A stretch of 64,000 bases of DNA from an uncultured Elusimicrobiaceae bacterium (GCA_964417965.1 CAYQJX010000004.1:52405-116404), one strand, 5' to 3'. Shown: positions 25,486 to 36,892, numbered from the stretch's first letter. The notes: generated by a model not told the origin, from the sequence alone. Numbers and translations: made by a program.

Positions 25486-26609
25486 CAGCCCAGGATCTTC
25501 TTGAAGAAGCCGTCCTTTTCTTCGGCCGCCGGCGGCTCGTGGCCGGCCAGCAGGGAAAGTTCCCCGAACAGTTCGCGCTGCCGCGGGGTGAGCTCGTGCG
25601 GGACCTCTAGCTTGATCTTCACCAGCAGGTCGCCGCGGTTCTTCCCGGCGTTGATGGGCATGCCTTTCTCGTGCACGCGGAACACCTTGCCGTGCTGGGT
25701 GCCCTGCGGGATCTTGATCTTCATGCGCCCGCCCTCTATCACCGGCACCTCGGTCTCGCCGCCGAGCGCGGCCTGCCAGACCTGGACCGGGCACTCGTAC
25801 ACCAGGTCCCGGCCCTGCCGTTCGAAATGAGAGTGGTGCTTAAGGGCCACCTGGATATAGAGGTCCCCGGAGTCGCCGCCCTTGAGGCCGGCGTCGCCGC
25901 CGCCGGAAACGCGCAGCACCGCGCCCTCTTCCACGCCGGCGGGGATCTTGATATTGATGTTGGCGCTCTTCTTCTGGCGGCCGGCGCCGTTGCAGGCCTT
26001 GCACGGGCTGGAGATCACCTCGCCCTGGCCGCCGCAGTCGGGGCAGGCCTGGCTGAAGGCGAAAAAGCCCTGTGAGTACTGCACGCGCCCCGCGCCGTGG
26101 CAGGTGGGGCATTTTTTTATGCCGGTCTTGCCGCGCGCGCCGGTGCCGTCGCATTCCTGGCAGACCTCGGTGCGCTCGAAATTGATGGGGACCTTAACGC
26201 CGGTGAAAGCTTCCTCCAGGGTTATCGCGGCCTCGTACTTCAGGTCGGCGCCGCGGCGGGAGCGCGGCCGGCCGCGGCCCCCGCCCTGCCCCTGCGCGAA
26301 CAGGTTCTCGAACAGGTCCCCGAACATGTCGCCGAGGTCCGCGCCCTGGAAACCGCCGAAGCCGCCGCGGCCGCCGGCGCCGGCCTTGAGGCCTTCGGCG
26401 CCGTACTGGTCGTAGACCTGGCGCTTCTCCGGGGTGGAGAGCACTTCGTACGCCTCGTTTATCTCTTTAAAGACGGATTCCGACTCGGTGTTGCCCTGGT
26501 TGCGGTCCGGGTGGTGCTTCATGGCCAGCTTGCGGTACGCTGACTTTATCTCGTCGGGACCGGCGTTGCGGGCCACGCCCAGGGTGCGGTAATAATCGTT
26601 GGATGCCAT
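25485..26609 (-). CDS. dnaJ: Molecular chaperone DnaJ
   Basis: J-domain with HPDRN, a G/F region, and four CxxCxGxG zinc-finger repeats. Confidence 0.95.
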   Translation of the reverse strand: MASNDYYRTLGVARNAGPDEIKSAYRKLAMKHHPDRNQGNTESESVFKEINEAYEVLSTPEKRQVYDQYGAEGLKAGAGGRGGFGGFQGADLGDMFGDLFENLFAQGQGGGRGRPRSRRGADLKYEAAITLEEAFTGVKVPINFERTEVCQECDGTGARGKTGIKKCPTCHGAGRVQYSQGFFAFSQACPDCGGQGEVISSPCKACNGAGRQKKSANINIKIPAGVEEGAVLRVSGGGDAGLKGGDSGDLYIQVALKHHSHFERQGRDLVYECPVQVWQAALGGETEVPVIEGGRMKIKIPQGTQHGKVFRVHEKGMPINAGKNRGDLLVKIKLEVPHELTPRQRELFGELSLLAGHEPPAAEEKDGFFKKILG

Positions 26610-26660
26610 AGGGTATTAAGTAAATTCTACCAAAAGCGGGGGCACGGCCTATAAACCGAC

Positions 26661-26696
26661 GGCGGATAACGGAAGTTTTAGCTTCCGCTATCCGCC
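26661..26696 (-). other. Intercistronic hairpin between dnaK and dnaJ
   Basis: ggcggataacggaag / cttccgctatccgcc forms a 15-bp stem with one mismatch and a 6-nt loop. No clear U tract follows. Confidence 0.4.
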
Positions 26697-26713
26697 AGAC
26701 GGCCGCTGCCAGT

Positions 26714-28582
<1,869 letters not shown>

Positions 28583-28614
28583 ATTAGTTTCCTCCAAAAT
28601 AAGTTACTGAAAAT

Positions 28615-29229
28615 TCACTGTCCTTCTGCCGACGGCTTTTCTTCCTGCTCCGGGGCCGGTTCCGGCGCCGGCGCCGCCTTCTTCTTGGCTATCTTCACCC
28701 TGGCCGGCCTCAGGATCTTCTCGCCGTAGTAGAAGCCCTTCTGCAGCTCCTCCGTCACCAGGCCGTCGTTCTCGTCCGTGCCTTCCACTATCCCCAGGAT
28801 CTCCGACGCCATCGGGTCGTAGGGCTTGCCCACCGGCTCCATCGGGCGCAGCCCCTCGGCCTCGAACACCTTGGAAAATTCCTTAAAGATCATCTCCAGG
28901 CCCTTCAGCACGTCGTCGCTGCCGCCGCCTTCCCTGGCGCTGTTGATGTGGTTGTGCGCCGACAACAGCAGGTCGTAGAGGGGCAGCAGGCGGATGAGGA
29001 TGTCGGCCTTGCCGTATTTTATCAGCTCCGGTTTCTCCTTCTCCATGCGCTTGCGGTAGTTCTCGAAGTCGGCCTGCAGGCGCAGCAGCTGGCCGTAATA
29101 ATCTTCCGCCTGCTTCTTCTGCTTCTCCAGTTCCCCCGCCGCGGCTTCCGCCTGCGTCTCCGGGCCGGGAACGCACTCCGGCGCCCCGGCGGATTTCACT
29201 TTCTTCTCTTCGGACTTATGGTTTTTCAT
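28615..29229 (-). CDS. grpE: Nucleotide exchange factor GrpE
   Basis: Coiled-coil region (LRLQADFENYRKR) and a C-terminal beta domain. It sits between hrcA and dnaK. Confidence 0.9.
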   Translation of the reverse strand: MKNHKSEEKKVKSAGAPECVPGPETQAEAAAGELEKQKKQAEDYYGQLLRLQADFENYRKRMEKEKPELIKYGKADILIRLLPLYDLLLSAHNHINSAREGGGSDDVLKGLEMIFKEFSKVFEAEGLRPMEPVGKPYDPMASEILGIVEGTDENDGLVTEELQKGFYYGEKILRPARVKIAKKKAAPAPEPAPEQEEKPSAEGQ

Positions 29230-29234
29230 AGGCC

Positions 29235-30344
29235 TTACTCTTCAAAATCCACTTTTTCCCACTCGCCCAGCATGTTCTCCATCATCGAGCTGACGGTATC
29301 CACCAGCGAGATCATGCGGGGGTACTCCATGCGCTTGTAGCCCAGGATCCCCACCAGCCCCACCGCCTTGTCGTTCATGCAGTAGGAGCTCGACACCAGG
29401 CTGAAATTCTTGAATTCCTTTATGCTGTTCTCTGAACCGATGGTCACGTCCACGATGTGGCGCTTGCCCGGCTCGCCCAGGGCCTTGGTCTTGAGCGCGC
29501 AGTCGCGCAGGCGCTCGCGCAGCAGGCCGGAGAAGCGCTCCTTCTCTTCGAGCAGGCGGGCTATGCTGCGCATATCCTCCACGCTCCCCCCCTCCAGGTT
29601 TGAGAAGATGCGGCTGAGGCCCTCGAGATAAAGGGCGTCCTCGCTCTTCGAGAGGCCTTTAAAATACTCCACAAGTTTTTTAAGCAGCTCTTCCAGCCCC
29701 TTATCCTTCTCGCGGGCCAGGAACTCCTTGAAGATCACCTGCGGCAGGTCGGCGATGGGCAGGTCCTTCAGGCGCCTGTTGAGGCGCACCGAGAGGGATT
29801 TGACCGCGGCTTTGTCGGTGGCGTGCTCCAGCGAAAAAGCGGCGTGCTTGATCAGGCCGGAATGCGCGAACATCACGGAGAGCACGCTCTTGGGGCCCAT
29901 GGCGAGCAGGTCCAGGCGCTTGACGCTGTCGAGGTCCATGTCGGCGCTCATCACGAAGCCCGCCCATTTGGACATATCGGCGAGCATCCGGGAGGTGTGC
30001 TTCAGGAAGCCGTCGAGCTGCTCCACGCGGCGGTCGTATTCGTTCTCCAGGCGCTCTTTCTCAGAGGCCGCCATCAACTGCATCCGCTGTATATTGTTCA
30101 CGTAGGCCCGGTAGCCTTTGTCAGAGGGAATACGGCCGCCGGAGGTGTGGGGCTGGAAAAGGTAGCCCTCGGTCTCCAGCTCCTTTAGGATGTTCCTGAT
30201 GGTGGCGCTGGAAACGTTGAAGCGGCCTTCCTCGGCGATCAGCTCGGAGCTCACCGGGCGGCCGGTGCTGACATAGTTGTAGATAACCCAGTTAAGGATC
30301 TTCTCTTTCCTGTCCTGCGCCACTTCCGGTTTAAGAACCCTCAT
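29235..30344 (-). CDS. hrcA: Heat-inducible transcription repressor HrcA
   Basis: Winged-helix N-terminus (VSSELIAEEGRFNVSSATIRNILKELE..GYL.QPHTSGGRIP). First gene of hrcA-grpE-dnaK-dnaJ. Confidence 0.9.
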   Translation of the reverse strand: MRVLKPEVAQDRKEKILNWVIYNYVSTGRPVSSELIAEEGRFNVSSATIRNILKELETEGYLFQPHTSGGRIPSDKGYRAYVNNIQRMQLMAASEKERLENEYDRRVEQLDGFLKHTSRMLADMSKWAGFVMSADMDLDSVKRLDLLAMGPKSVLSVMFAHSGLIKHAAFSLEHATDKAAVKSLSVRLNRRLKDLPIADLPQVIFKEFLAREKDKGLEELLKKLVEYFKGLSKSEDALYLEGLSRIFSNLEGGSVEDMRSIARLLEEKERFSGLLRERLRDCALKTKALGEPGKRHIVDVTIGSENSIKEFKNFSLVSSSYCMNDKAVGLVGILGYKRMEYPRMISLVDTVSSMMENMLGEWEKVDFEE

Positions 30345-30362
30345 ATACCTTTCCCTTTTTAA

Positions 30363-30389
30363 TTAGCACTCGGATTGCCTGTCTGCCAA
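30363..30389 (-). promoter_or_regulatory. CIRCE-like operator (HrcA binding site), one half degenerate
   Basis: TTAGCACTC-N9-GTCTGCCAA. The first half is a perfect CIRCE half-site and the second matches 6/9 of GAGTGCTAA. It lies between the promoter and the hrcA start. Confidence 0.7.
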
Positions 30390-30393
30390 AAAT

Positions 30394-30422
30394 ATTATAC
30401 ACCTTGCCGGAATAATTGTCAA
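30394..30422 (-). promoter_or_regulatory. Consensus sigma70 promoter of the hrcA operon
   Basis: On the minus strand: TTGACA (30417-30422), exactly 17 nt, then TATAAT (30394-30399). It sits immediately upstream of CIRCE. Confidence 0.65.
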
Positions 30423-30541
30423 TACCACTCATAGACTGCTAAAAATGGCGCAACCCACACCATGACCATCGTCAAAGGAGGTAAGAGGGCTTCTTTGATA
30501 CACTATCCTCGGTCAGGGAATGTTTGGGAGGGAAAGCAATA

Positions 30542-31147
30542 ATGAAAATTTCAGTCTCAGCGTCAGCGTTAGCCGCACTTTTTTCCGCAGTCCCCGCCTT
30601 CTCGGGTAATTGGGCCCCCGAAGTAAACCTTGCGACTCTTTCCGCGATAGAGATCCCCGCGCCGGCCATGGCCGTAAAAGCCGGCCCCCGCGACGGCCAG
30701 AACTATTCCGGCGCCGAGGAACTGCTCATAAAAGAATTCGGCGTCGACGAGATCGGCATGGACGTCCCCGAAGCCGAAGTGATGCGCCAGACCACCTACT
30801 ACGCCAACAGTTTCTGTTTCGAGCACGCGCTGCGCCAGGCCCTGACGGCCCTGCTGGAAGATTATGGCAACCCCACCAGCCCGCTGGCCAAAGAACTCGC
30901 CAAGATCGGCGCGATGTCCGTGCCCTCCAAGTCCGAACTGAAGAAAGCCCGCCAGCGGCTGCTGGAAGCCCTGAACCGGCGCGAAGCCTTCATCTCTATC
31001 GTCAGCCCCTACAAGCAGTACCAGCCCCAGAACGGCGAAACGGTGGACAAGAACTGGATCTTCTTCCTGCGCCTGGACGGCGTCGCCTACTGGGCCATCG
31101 TGGACCGCTCCGGGGAAAAAGCCCCCTACGTCTACGGCATGAACTAA
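30542..31147 (+). CDS. Hypothetical secreted protein
   Basis: Signal peptide MKISVSASALAALFSAVPAFSG and a GGGAGGGAAAG Shine-Dalgarno region. I recognise no family. Confidence 0.5.
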   Translation: MKISVSASALAALFSAVPAFSGNWAPEVNLATLSAIEIPAPAMAVKAGPRDGQNYSGAEELLIKEFGVDEIGMDVPEAEVMRQTTYYANSFCFEHALRQALTALLEDYGNPTSPLAKELAKIGAMSVPSKSELKKARQRLLEALNRREAFISIVSPYKQYQPQNGETVDKNWIFFLRLDGVAYWAIVDRSGEKAPYVYGMN

Positions 31148-31163
31148 AGCGGGCAGGCCCCGC

Positions 31164-31192
31164 AAAAAACCCCGGCTCTCCGGGGTTTTTTT
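31164..31192. terminator. Bidirectional rho-independent terminator
   Basis: AAAAAA-CCCCGG-CTCT-CCGGGG-TTTTTTT between convergent genes. Confidence 0.75.
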
Positions 31193-31195
31193 ATT

Positions 31196-32014
31196 TTAAA
31201 CTTTCAAGGCGCGCCTTATGCCCCAGTCCAGAACGGCGTCCGGCAGCAGCCATTTCAGGAAAAGAATACCCCGGGCCGAGAAGGGCACGGGATAGCGCGC
31301 CGCCGGGCCGGACGAACGCAGGGCCTTAAGGATGACGGCGGCCACCGCCTCCGGGCCGGGCGCGCCCGCGCGGTAGCCGGCGCGGAATTTTTCCGTGATG
31401 TTCTTCACCAGCGGGGCGTAAACTCCGGAGCCGGAATACTTCTCCAGGTTCACCAGGGCCGTGTTATCCCATTCAGTCCTGATGGGGCCGGGCTCTATCA
31501 GCACCACCTTTATCCCGAACTGGGCGACCTCCAGGCGCAGCGCGTCGGAGTAGGCCTCCAGGGCGTGCTTGCTGGCGTGGTACCAGCCGCCGGTGGGCAT
31601 GGTTACCTTGCCGGCTATAGAGGAGATATTAATTATAGTCCCCCCGCCCGCGCCCCGCATCTGCGGCAGCGCCAGCTGGGTCAACCGCGCCAGGCTGAAA
31701 AGATTAACTTCGAACTGCCGCCGGGCCTCGTCCAGCGGCACGTCCTCCACCGCCCCGTGGGCGCCGTAGCCGGCGTTATTTATAAGGATGTCCAGGCGCC
31801 CGCCGTCCTTAAGCACCTCGGCCAGCGCGGCCTTCAGGGAAAGTTCGTCGGTCACGTCCAGGCGGAACGTGCGGGCCCCCAGGGCCTCCAGGCCGCGCAT
31901 CTTCTCCACGCGGCGGGCCCCGGCGAAGACCTTATAGCCGCTCTTCAGCAGCAGCTCGGCCGTCGCGTAACCTATGCCGGCGGAGGCGCCGGTGACCAGT
32001 ACGGTTTTATTCAT
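31196..32014 (-). CDS. Short-chain dehydrogenase/reductase (SDR)
   Basis: TGASAGIGYATA (TGxxxGxG), NNAG, and YHASKHAL (YxxxK). Confidence 0.85.
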   Translation of the reverse strand: MNKTVLVTGASAGIGYATAELLLKSGYKVFAGARRVEKMRGLEALGARTFRLDVTDELSLKAALAEVLKDGGRLDILINNAGYGAHGAVEDVPLDEARRQFEVNLFSLARLTQLALPQMRGAGGGTIINISSIAGKVTMPTGGWYHASKHALEAYSDALRLEVAQFGIKVVLIEPGPIRTEWDNTALVNLEKYSGSGVYAPLVKNITEKFRAGYRAGAPGPEAVAAVILKALRSSGPAARYPVPFSARGILFLKWLLPDAVLDWGIRRALKV

Positions 32015-32100
32015 GTTTTAATCTTACTAAAACGCAGGGAGGATAAAAAGCCCGGCCCGCGCGTATACGCGGGCCGCGCCGTTTTGCTAACATTTCACCC

Positions 32101-32517
32101 ATGGACCCTGAGAAGCGGGACTTTTACCTCCCCCCCGGCTCCCTCGAAGAGAAGTTCGTGAGGAGCGGCGGGCACGGAGGCCAGAACGTCAACAAGGTGG
32201 CCACCACCGTGCAGCTCCGGTTTTTCCCGGCGCTGGCCGGGCTGCCCTACGCCGTGCTGTCCCGGCTCAGGGCCCTGGCCGGCTCCAAGCTTACCGACGA
32301 AGGCGACGTCCTGATAGTCGCCAGCGAATACCGCACGCAGGAGCAGAACCGCCAGGCGGCCCGCGCCAGGCTGCAGGAACTCCTCGCCCGGGCCTTCCGC
32401 CCCCCCCGGCCGCGGCACGCCACCAGGCCCACCCGCGGCTCCAAACAACGCCGCCTGGAAAGCAAAAAGCGCCGGTCCGACGTAAAGAAGGACCGGCGCG
32501 GCACTGGCGACTTTTAA
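32101..32517 (+). CDS. arfB: Alternative ribosome-rescue factor ArfB (peptidyl-tRNA hydrolase, GGQ)
   Basis: 138 aa with GGHGGQNVNKVATTVQLRF and a basic C-terminal tail (KKRRSDVKKDRR). Confidence 0.85.
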   Translation: MDPEKRDFYLPPGSLEEKFVRSGGHGGQNVNKVATTVQLRFFPALAGLPYAVLSRLRALAGSKLTDEGDVLIVASEYRTQEQNRQAARARLQELLARAFRPPRPRHATRPTRGSKQRRLESKKRRSDVKKDRRGTGDF

Positions 32518-32518
32518 A

Positions 32519-33610
32519 CTACTGCAGGATGAACAGGTCTTTCGTGACCGTATACCGGCCCGAGAGCCAGTCCGTTATCTCGCGGGCGGCGGCCGCCGTG
32601 TCGTTCTCCCTGGCTTCCAGAAATTCCGAATAGTCGTTCTTCAGCGACTCCTTCTCCCCGTCCGTCAGGACGTCGAGCCCCTTGTCCATGAACGCCGGCA
32701 GGTCCCGCTCCAGCAGCTCCGCCATGTCGTGACAGGTCACCATACCGGCGGCCTTGCGGAAAGCTTTAACCGGATCGTAGGCGGCCCCCTTCTCGTACGA
32801 GGCCTTCAGGGTCAGCAGCACTATCTTGGACAGCGCGGCCTGGTTCATCGGGTTCACCGCGTGGGCGGCCAGCTGCCCGGCCATCTCGGCGGGGCGGCCG
32901 GTGAAGGGCCGCAGGTGAAGGAACTTGCACATGCGGGGCCCGTCGTTGACGGGGTAATTATCCCAGAGGAAAGGCTTGCGGCCCAGCTGCTGCGCGGCGG
33001 CGGCGAGGCTCTCCGGGGTGTAGGATTTGGAACAGACCTGTTCCCCCGTCCAGAACATGCTCACCCTGGGGGCCAGGGCCTTCCCCAGCTGGTCGAAATA
33101 GCCGGCCGGCATCTTGCCGAAGAGCTTCTCCAGGACCGGGTCCAGGGAATAATAGGTGGGGCAGAAGACCAGCTGGCGGGCCTTGGAGCGCTCGGCTATC
33201 CAGTTGACGATCTCTATCTGGCGCTCCGCCAGAGCAGGCAGGTCGCCCTTCATGTCGTCCATCAGGATGCCCAGTTTGTCCACGCCTATGCGGTTGAAGG
33301 CGTCTATCTTATGCTGCAGCAGCTTCTTGGCTTCGGCATCGAAAGGCGTGAGGTAGATCTCGTAAGGGCTGAAGCCGACGCCGAACTCTATGCCGGCGGA
33401 ATGGCACTGCCCGGCCAGTTTGGTCAGCTTCTCCTCGTGCACCTTCGGGAAAGGTTCGCGCCACTTCTTGCGCAGGTAGGGGTCGCCCTTGGGGGCGTAG
33501 ATATAGAACGAGAACCCGTGCTTGCGCAGGAAATTGGCGTAATCGGCGCGTTCGCCCCAGCTCCAGGGCTCTCCGTAAAAACCTTCTATTATTCCGGTAG
33601 TGGTGTTCAT
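32519..33610 (-). CDS. GH84-like beta-N-acetylglucosaminidase (O-GlcNAcase family catalytic domain)
   Basis: GIIEGFYGEPWSW...FYIYAPKGDPYLR... and a DD pair in LGILMDDMKG, typical of the GH84 TIM barrel. Confidence 0.7.
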   Translation of the reverse strand: MNTTTGIIEGFYGEPWSWGERADYANFLRKHGFSFYIYAPKGDPYLRKKWREPFPKVHEEKLTKLAGQCHSAGIEFGVGFSPYEIYLTPFDAEAKKLLQHKIDAFNRIGVDKLGILMDDMKGDLPALAERQIEIVNWIAERSKARQLVFCPTYYSLDPVLEKLFGKMPAGYFDQLGKALAPRVSMFWTGEQVCSKSYTPESLAAAAQQLGRKPFLWDNYPVNDGPRMCKFLHLRPFTGRPAEMAGQLAAHAVNPMNQAALSKIVLLTLKASYEKGAAYDPVKAFRKAAGMVTCHDMAELLERDLPAFMDKGLDVLTDGEKESLKNDYSEFLEARENDTAAAAREITDWLSGRYTVTKDLFILQ

Positions 33611-33612
33611 AA

Positions 33613-34986
33613 TTATTTAGCCAGCAGGCCGTCTATGCGCTTCTGGGCCTTCTTGGCCAGCGGGTCTTCGGAATACTTGCCGGCCACCGTAGAGTAATAC
33701 TCCCGGGCCTTTTCGTAATCCTTGGCCTTCTCAAAGGCCTCCCCGGCGGCGAAGAGCGCCCTGGGCGCCTGCGGGTCGGCCGGGTATTCGGCCACTATCC
33801 TGTCGTAGAGCGGGATCTCGGCGGCCAGGTCCTTGAGGTCCTTGCGCGCTATCTCGGCGGCGAGGAAAAGGCCCTCTATGGCCCGTTCGCCCTTATACTT
33901 GTCGGCCAGGCGGCCCAGCACGGCGATGGCCCCGGCCGGGTTCTTGAGTTCCTCGCGCAGCACGCGGGCCTCGGCCTTGAAGGAAGCGTAGGCCTCCTCG
34001 CGGTCCGGGTAAAGCGCGATTATTTTTTCATGGATCTCCACGGCCAGCGCGAACTTGTCCTGGCGCTCGGTCAGGGCCGGCAGCCGGGCGTAGGCGGTCC
34101 AGGCCTCCTCGGTACCAGGGAACGCGGCGGCAATGTCCTGGTAGGCGGCTATCGCCCCGTCGTACTCCTTCAGGTTGTCCGCCAGCGTGGCGGCCAGGGA
34201 AGTCTTGGTCCTGGCTATCAGCGGGCTCGCGGGATAAAGCTCTATCGTCTTCTCGTAGGCCAGCCGGGCGGCCAGGTATTCGCCGTTGGCGCGGTGCAGG
34301 TCGGCCAGGGCGAGGTTGATCATATCCCCGCCGGAGAAACCGGGGTAGCGCCGGAAGAAAGCGCGGTACTCCTTGAGCAGGGGCTCGTAGAGGAACTGCC
34401 CCGCCTGGGCGGATACCTTCTGCAGCATCATGGCCAGTCTGGCAGGCTTATCGCCGGTTTCGGAAACCGTTCCCAGCTCCAGCAGGACGGGCTTGAGCTT
34501 CTTGTCCGCTTTTTTCTCCACCGTCTCCTGGAAAAGTTTTTGGGCCAGTTCGGCGGAGGAGGCGCCGGGATATTCGTAGAAATGCCGGAGCAGGTCGGTC
34601 ATCGCCCCTTTAGGGTCGCCCAGCTTGGCGCGCAGGGCGGCTTTCAGGTACTGCCCTTCCGCGGCCCCGTCGTTTTCGGGATTGGTGGCCACCCAGTCTC
34701 CCAGCCCTTCCAGCAGCATCTCCAGCACGTCCTCGTCCACGGAGCTGGCCCGGGACGTCAGGAACTGCCATTCGGCTGAGATCACGGACGGAGGGTCGGC
34801 TTTGACCGCTTTGTGCTCCTTGGGAGCGGGAGCCATGCCCGGCAGGGCTGAAGCGTTTTCGGGGCTGACGGCCGAGGAGGCAGCGGTAAGCGTCTGCTCC
34901 GGGGCCGCGGGGGCTTCTTGCTGCGCGGCGGCGGGCGAGGCCAGCAACAGCCCGGATATGACAAACATCGATATGGACTTGTTCAT
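33613..34986 (-). CDS. Secreted tetratricopeptide-repeat protein
   Basis: Signal peptide followed by repeated TPR-like A..Y..A / YPxS..A helical pairs throughout. Confidence 0.7.
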   Translation of the reverse strand: MNKSISMFVISGLLLASPAAAQQEAPAAPEQTLTAASSAVSPENASALPGMAPAPKEHKAVKADPPSVISAEWQFLTSRASSVDEDVLEMLLEGLGDWVATNPENDGAAEGQYLKAALRAKLGDPKGAMTDLLRHFYEYPGASSAELAQKLFQETVEKKADKKLKPVLLELGTVSETGDKPARLAMMLQKVSAQAGQFLYEPLLKEYRAFFRRYPGFSGGDMINLALADLHRANGEYLAARLAYEKTIELYPASPLIARTKTSLAATLADNLKEYDGAIAAYQDIAAAFPGTEEAWTAYARLPALTERQDKFALAVEIHEKIIALYPDREEAYASFKAEARVLREELKNPAGAIAVLGRLADKYKGERAIEGLFLAAEIARKDLKDLAAEIPLYDRIVAEYPADPQAPRALFAAGEAFEKAKDYEKAREYYSTVAGKYSEDPLAKKAQKRIDGLLAK

Positions 34987-35031
34987 AGCTCTGATAGTTC
35001 TCCTGAAATAATGCTGCCGGGCCGTCCCGGT

Positions 35032-35277
35032 TCACTGCCTGACTATTTTTACACCGTTGTACTCGATCCAATCCAGCGAAAGCGGGCTTAAGATGGCGTT
35101 AGCCGGGACCGTTACTGTCCTGTCTCCCGGCCGGCACAGCCGGCGCAGCTCCCAATCGCTCAGGAAGACCTTTTTTACCGGCGCGCCGGCCTTTTTCCGC
35201 GCGGGCGCGGCGCCTGCCCCCTCGTTCCGGGAAAGGTGCTCAGCGATAAGGTCTTCTACCGCGCCCTTGGTAAACAT
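35032..35277 (-). CDS. Small BMC-associated protein (encapsulation-peptide-like N-terminus + short C-terminal domain)
   Basis: 81 aa. Amphipathic GAVEDLIAEHLSR, then an Ala/Pro/Lys linker, then FLSDWELRRL...VTVPANAILSPLSLDWIEYNGVKIV. The last part resembles the short N-terminal module seen on some BMC-locus enzymes (recollection). It fills an otherwise empty same-strand gap. Confidence 0.5.
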   Translation of the reverse strand: MFTKGAVEDLIAEHLSRNEGAGAAPARKKAGAPVKKVFLSDWELRRLCRPGDRTVTVPANAILSPLSLDWIEYNGVKIVRQ

Positions 35278-35307
35278 TCGCTGCCGTCCGGCCGGGGGCC
35301 GGGGCTA

Positions 35308-35604
35308 TTAAGAGACCTTTACCGAGATCCTGGCCAGGTACTTGTCCAGGTCGTCGGCGGGGCGCGGTATCACGTGCATCCCGCACAGCTCCCCGACCTT
35401 CTGGGCGGCGGCGGCGCCGGCTTCCACGGCGGCGCGCACGGCGCCGACTTCGCCCACGCACAGCGTGGTCACGTAGCCGGAGCCTATCTTCTCGTAGCCG
35501 AGCAGGCGCACCTTGGCGGCCTTGCTCATGGCGTCAGAGGCTTCGATCATACCGATGAAACCCTTAGTCTCTATCATTCCCAGCGCTTCTTTCGGTTCGG
35601 ACAT
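35308..35604 (-). CDS. BMC-H shell protein (PduA/EutM/CcmK family, Pfam00936)
   Basis: [57 protein letters not shown]...HVIPRP. Confidence 0.9.
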   Translation of the reverse strand: MSEPKEALGMIETKGFIGMIEASDAMSKAAKVRLLGYEKIGSGYVTTLCVGEVGAVRAAVEAGAAAAQKVGELCGMHVIPRPADDLDKYLARISVKVS

Positions 35605-35627
35605 AGTAGCTCCTTGTTATCGCTAAA

Positions 35628-36608
35628 TTAGTACTGCCCTTTGGCGGCCTCGCCGCCGGAAACTATGGCTATGCTGGCGCTCGTGCCGAGGCGCGTGGCG
35701 CCGGCCTTGATCATGGCCGCGGCCACTTCGGCGTTCTTGATGCCGCCGGAGGCCTTCACGCCCATCTCGGGGCCCACGGTCTCGCGCATCAGGGCGATGT
35801 CCTCGGGAGTGGCGCCTCCGGAGCCGAAGCCGGTGGAGGTCTTCACGAAGTCGGCCTGCGCGGCTTTTGACATTTTGCAGGCGCGGATCTTCTCGTCCTT
35901 GGTAAGATAGGAAGTCTCCAGGATCACCTTGAGCGTTTTGCCGCGCGTGGCGTCGCGCACCGCTTTTATGTCGTCCTGCACCAGCTGGTCGTTGCCGCTC
36001 TTGAGCGCGCCGATATTGATGACCATGTCTATCTCGTCGGCGCCGTTGGCTATGGCGTCACGGGCCTCTATGGCCTTCACGGTCGGGGTCGTAGAGCCAA
36101 GCGGGAAACCGATGACGGTGCAGACCATCACATTGGAGCCGCGCAGCAGGCGGGACGACAGCGCCACGTAGCCGGGGTTAACGCAGACGGAGGCGAAGCG
36201 GTACTTGCGGGCCTCCTCGCAGAGCTTGCCGATCTCTTCCTGCGTGGCGTTGGCCTTGAGCAGGGTATGGTCGATCATGCCGGCGATGGAAGAGCTGGAT
36301 TCGTTGGGGTTGCAGAAAGTCACGCGGTCGGCGGTAGCCTTTATCTGCTGCGGGGTGTATTTATTGAGCGGGTTGCAGCTCTGGCAGGAGGAGGAGCAGG
36401 TGTTCTCTTCGAGCCGGCAATCGCCCTGGCCGGAGCAGGCCTTCTTCTCGGCGGCGCCGGGCTTGTTGACCAGCGGGTGCTGGAACACCTTGCCGGACGA
36501 GCCTATGCTCACATTGTCGCCGAGGGTCTGCCTCGGGGCGGGAGACCCGCCGGCCTTCATGATCCTGGCCACCTCGGCCGCGATTTTCTTTATATCTTCG
36601 TCGTTCAT
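35628..36608 (-). CDS. deoC: Deoxyribose-phosphate aldolase (DERA/DeoC) with ~105-aa N-terminal extension
   Basis: The DERA core begins at [15 protein letters not shown] and includes FASVCVNP and the Schiff-base region DFVKTSTGF. The N-terminal extension carries an EP-like helix and a Cys cluster. Confidence 0.85.
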   Translation of the reverse strand: MNDEDIKKIAAEVARIMKAGGSPAPRQTLGDNVSIGSSGKVFQHPLVNKPGAAEKKACSGQGDCRLEENTCSSSCQSCNPLNKYTPQQIKATADRVTFCNPNESSSSIAGMIDHTLLKANATQEEIGKLCEEARKYRFASVCVNPGYVALSSRLLRGSNVMVCTVIGFPLGSTTPTVKAIEARDAIANGADEIDMVINIGALKSGNDQLVQDDIKAVRDATRGKTLKVILETSYLTKDEKIRACKMSKAAQADFVKTSTGFGSGGATPEDIALMRETVGPEMGVKASGGIKNAEVAAAMIKAGATRLGTSASIAIVSGGEAAKGQY

Positions 36609-36609
36609 A

Positions 36610-36888
36610 TTAGCCTCGCTTGTCGATGTGAACTTTATCCACTATGCCGGCTACCACGGTGCGCACCGGCGCCTTGGAGTTCTTTAAAATTTTCCGGGCG
36701 GAACCGCCCTCGTCCACTATCAGCACGGTGTCGCCCACGCCCGCGCCCTGGTTGTCTATCACCAGCTGGGCCTCGCCCGCGAACTCGCCGTCGGCGCCCA
36801 GCGGCCTGGCCAGCAGCATGGTGGCGTTCTTCAGCCCCGGGTGCCGGCGCGTTGCCCAGACGTTTCCAATGACTTTAGCTACGAACAT
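36610..36888 (-). CDS. BMC-P vertex protein (EutN/CcmL/PduN family, Pfam03319)
   Basis: [30 protein letters not shown]...[23 protein letters not shown]...[12 protein letters not shown]. Confidence 0.9.
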   Translation of the reverse strand: MFVAKVIGNVWATRRHPGLKNATMLLARPLGADGEFAGEAQLVIDNQGAGVGDTVLIVDEGGSARKILKNSKAPVRTVVAGIVDKVHIDKRG

Positions 36889-36892
36889 AAAA

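Noticed and set aside
24775-25794. Long 5' extensions of track ORFs: rsmE 339 aa, 3689-4912, 17684-19579, 37648-38241, 51852-52583, 53619-54761, 55540-58401 and 61375-63252
   Set aside because: The upstream portions overlap the preceding real gene or are Arg/Pro-rich junk. Internal ATG/GTG starts give canonical N-termini and typical 1-4 nt start/stop overlaps.
32040-32075. GC hairpin GGCCCGCG-CGTATA-CGCGGGCC in the SDR/arfB divergent spacer
   Set aside because: It is a short 8-bp stem with no U tract and no second copy noticed. The evidence is insufficient to call it an operator or terminator.
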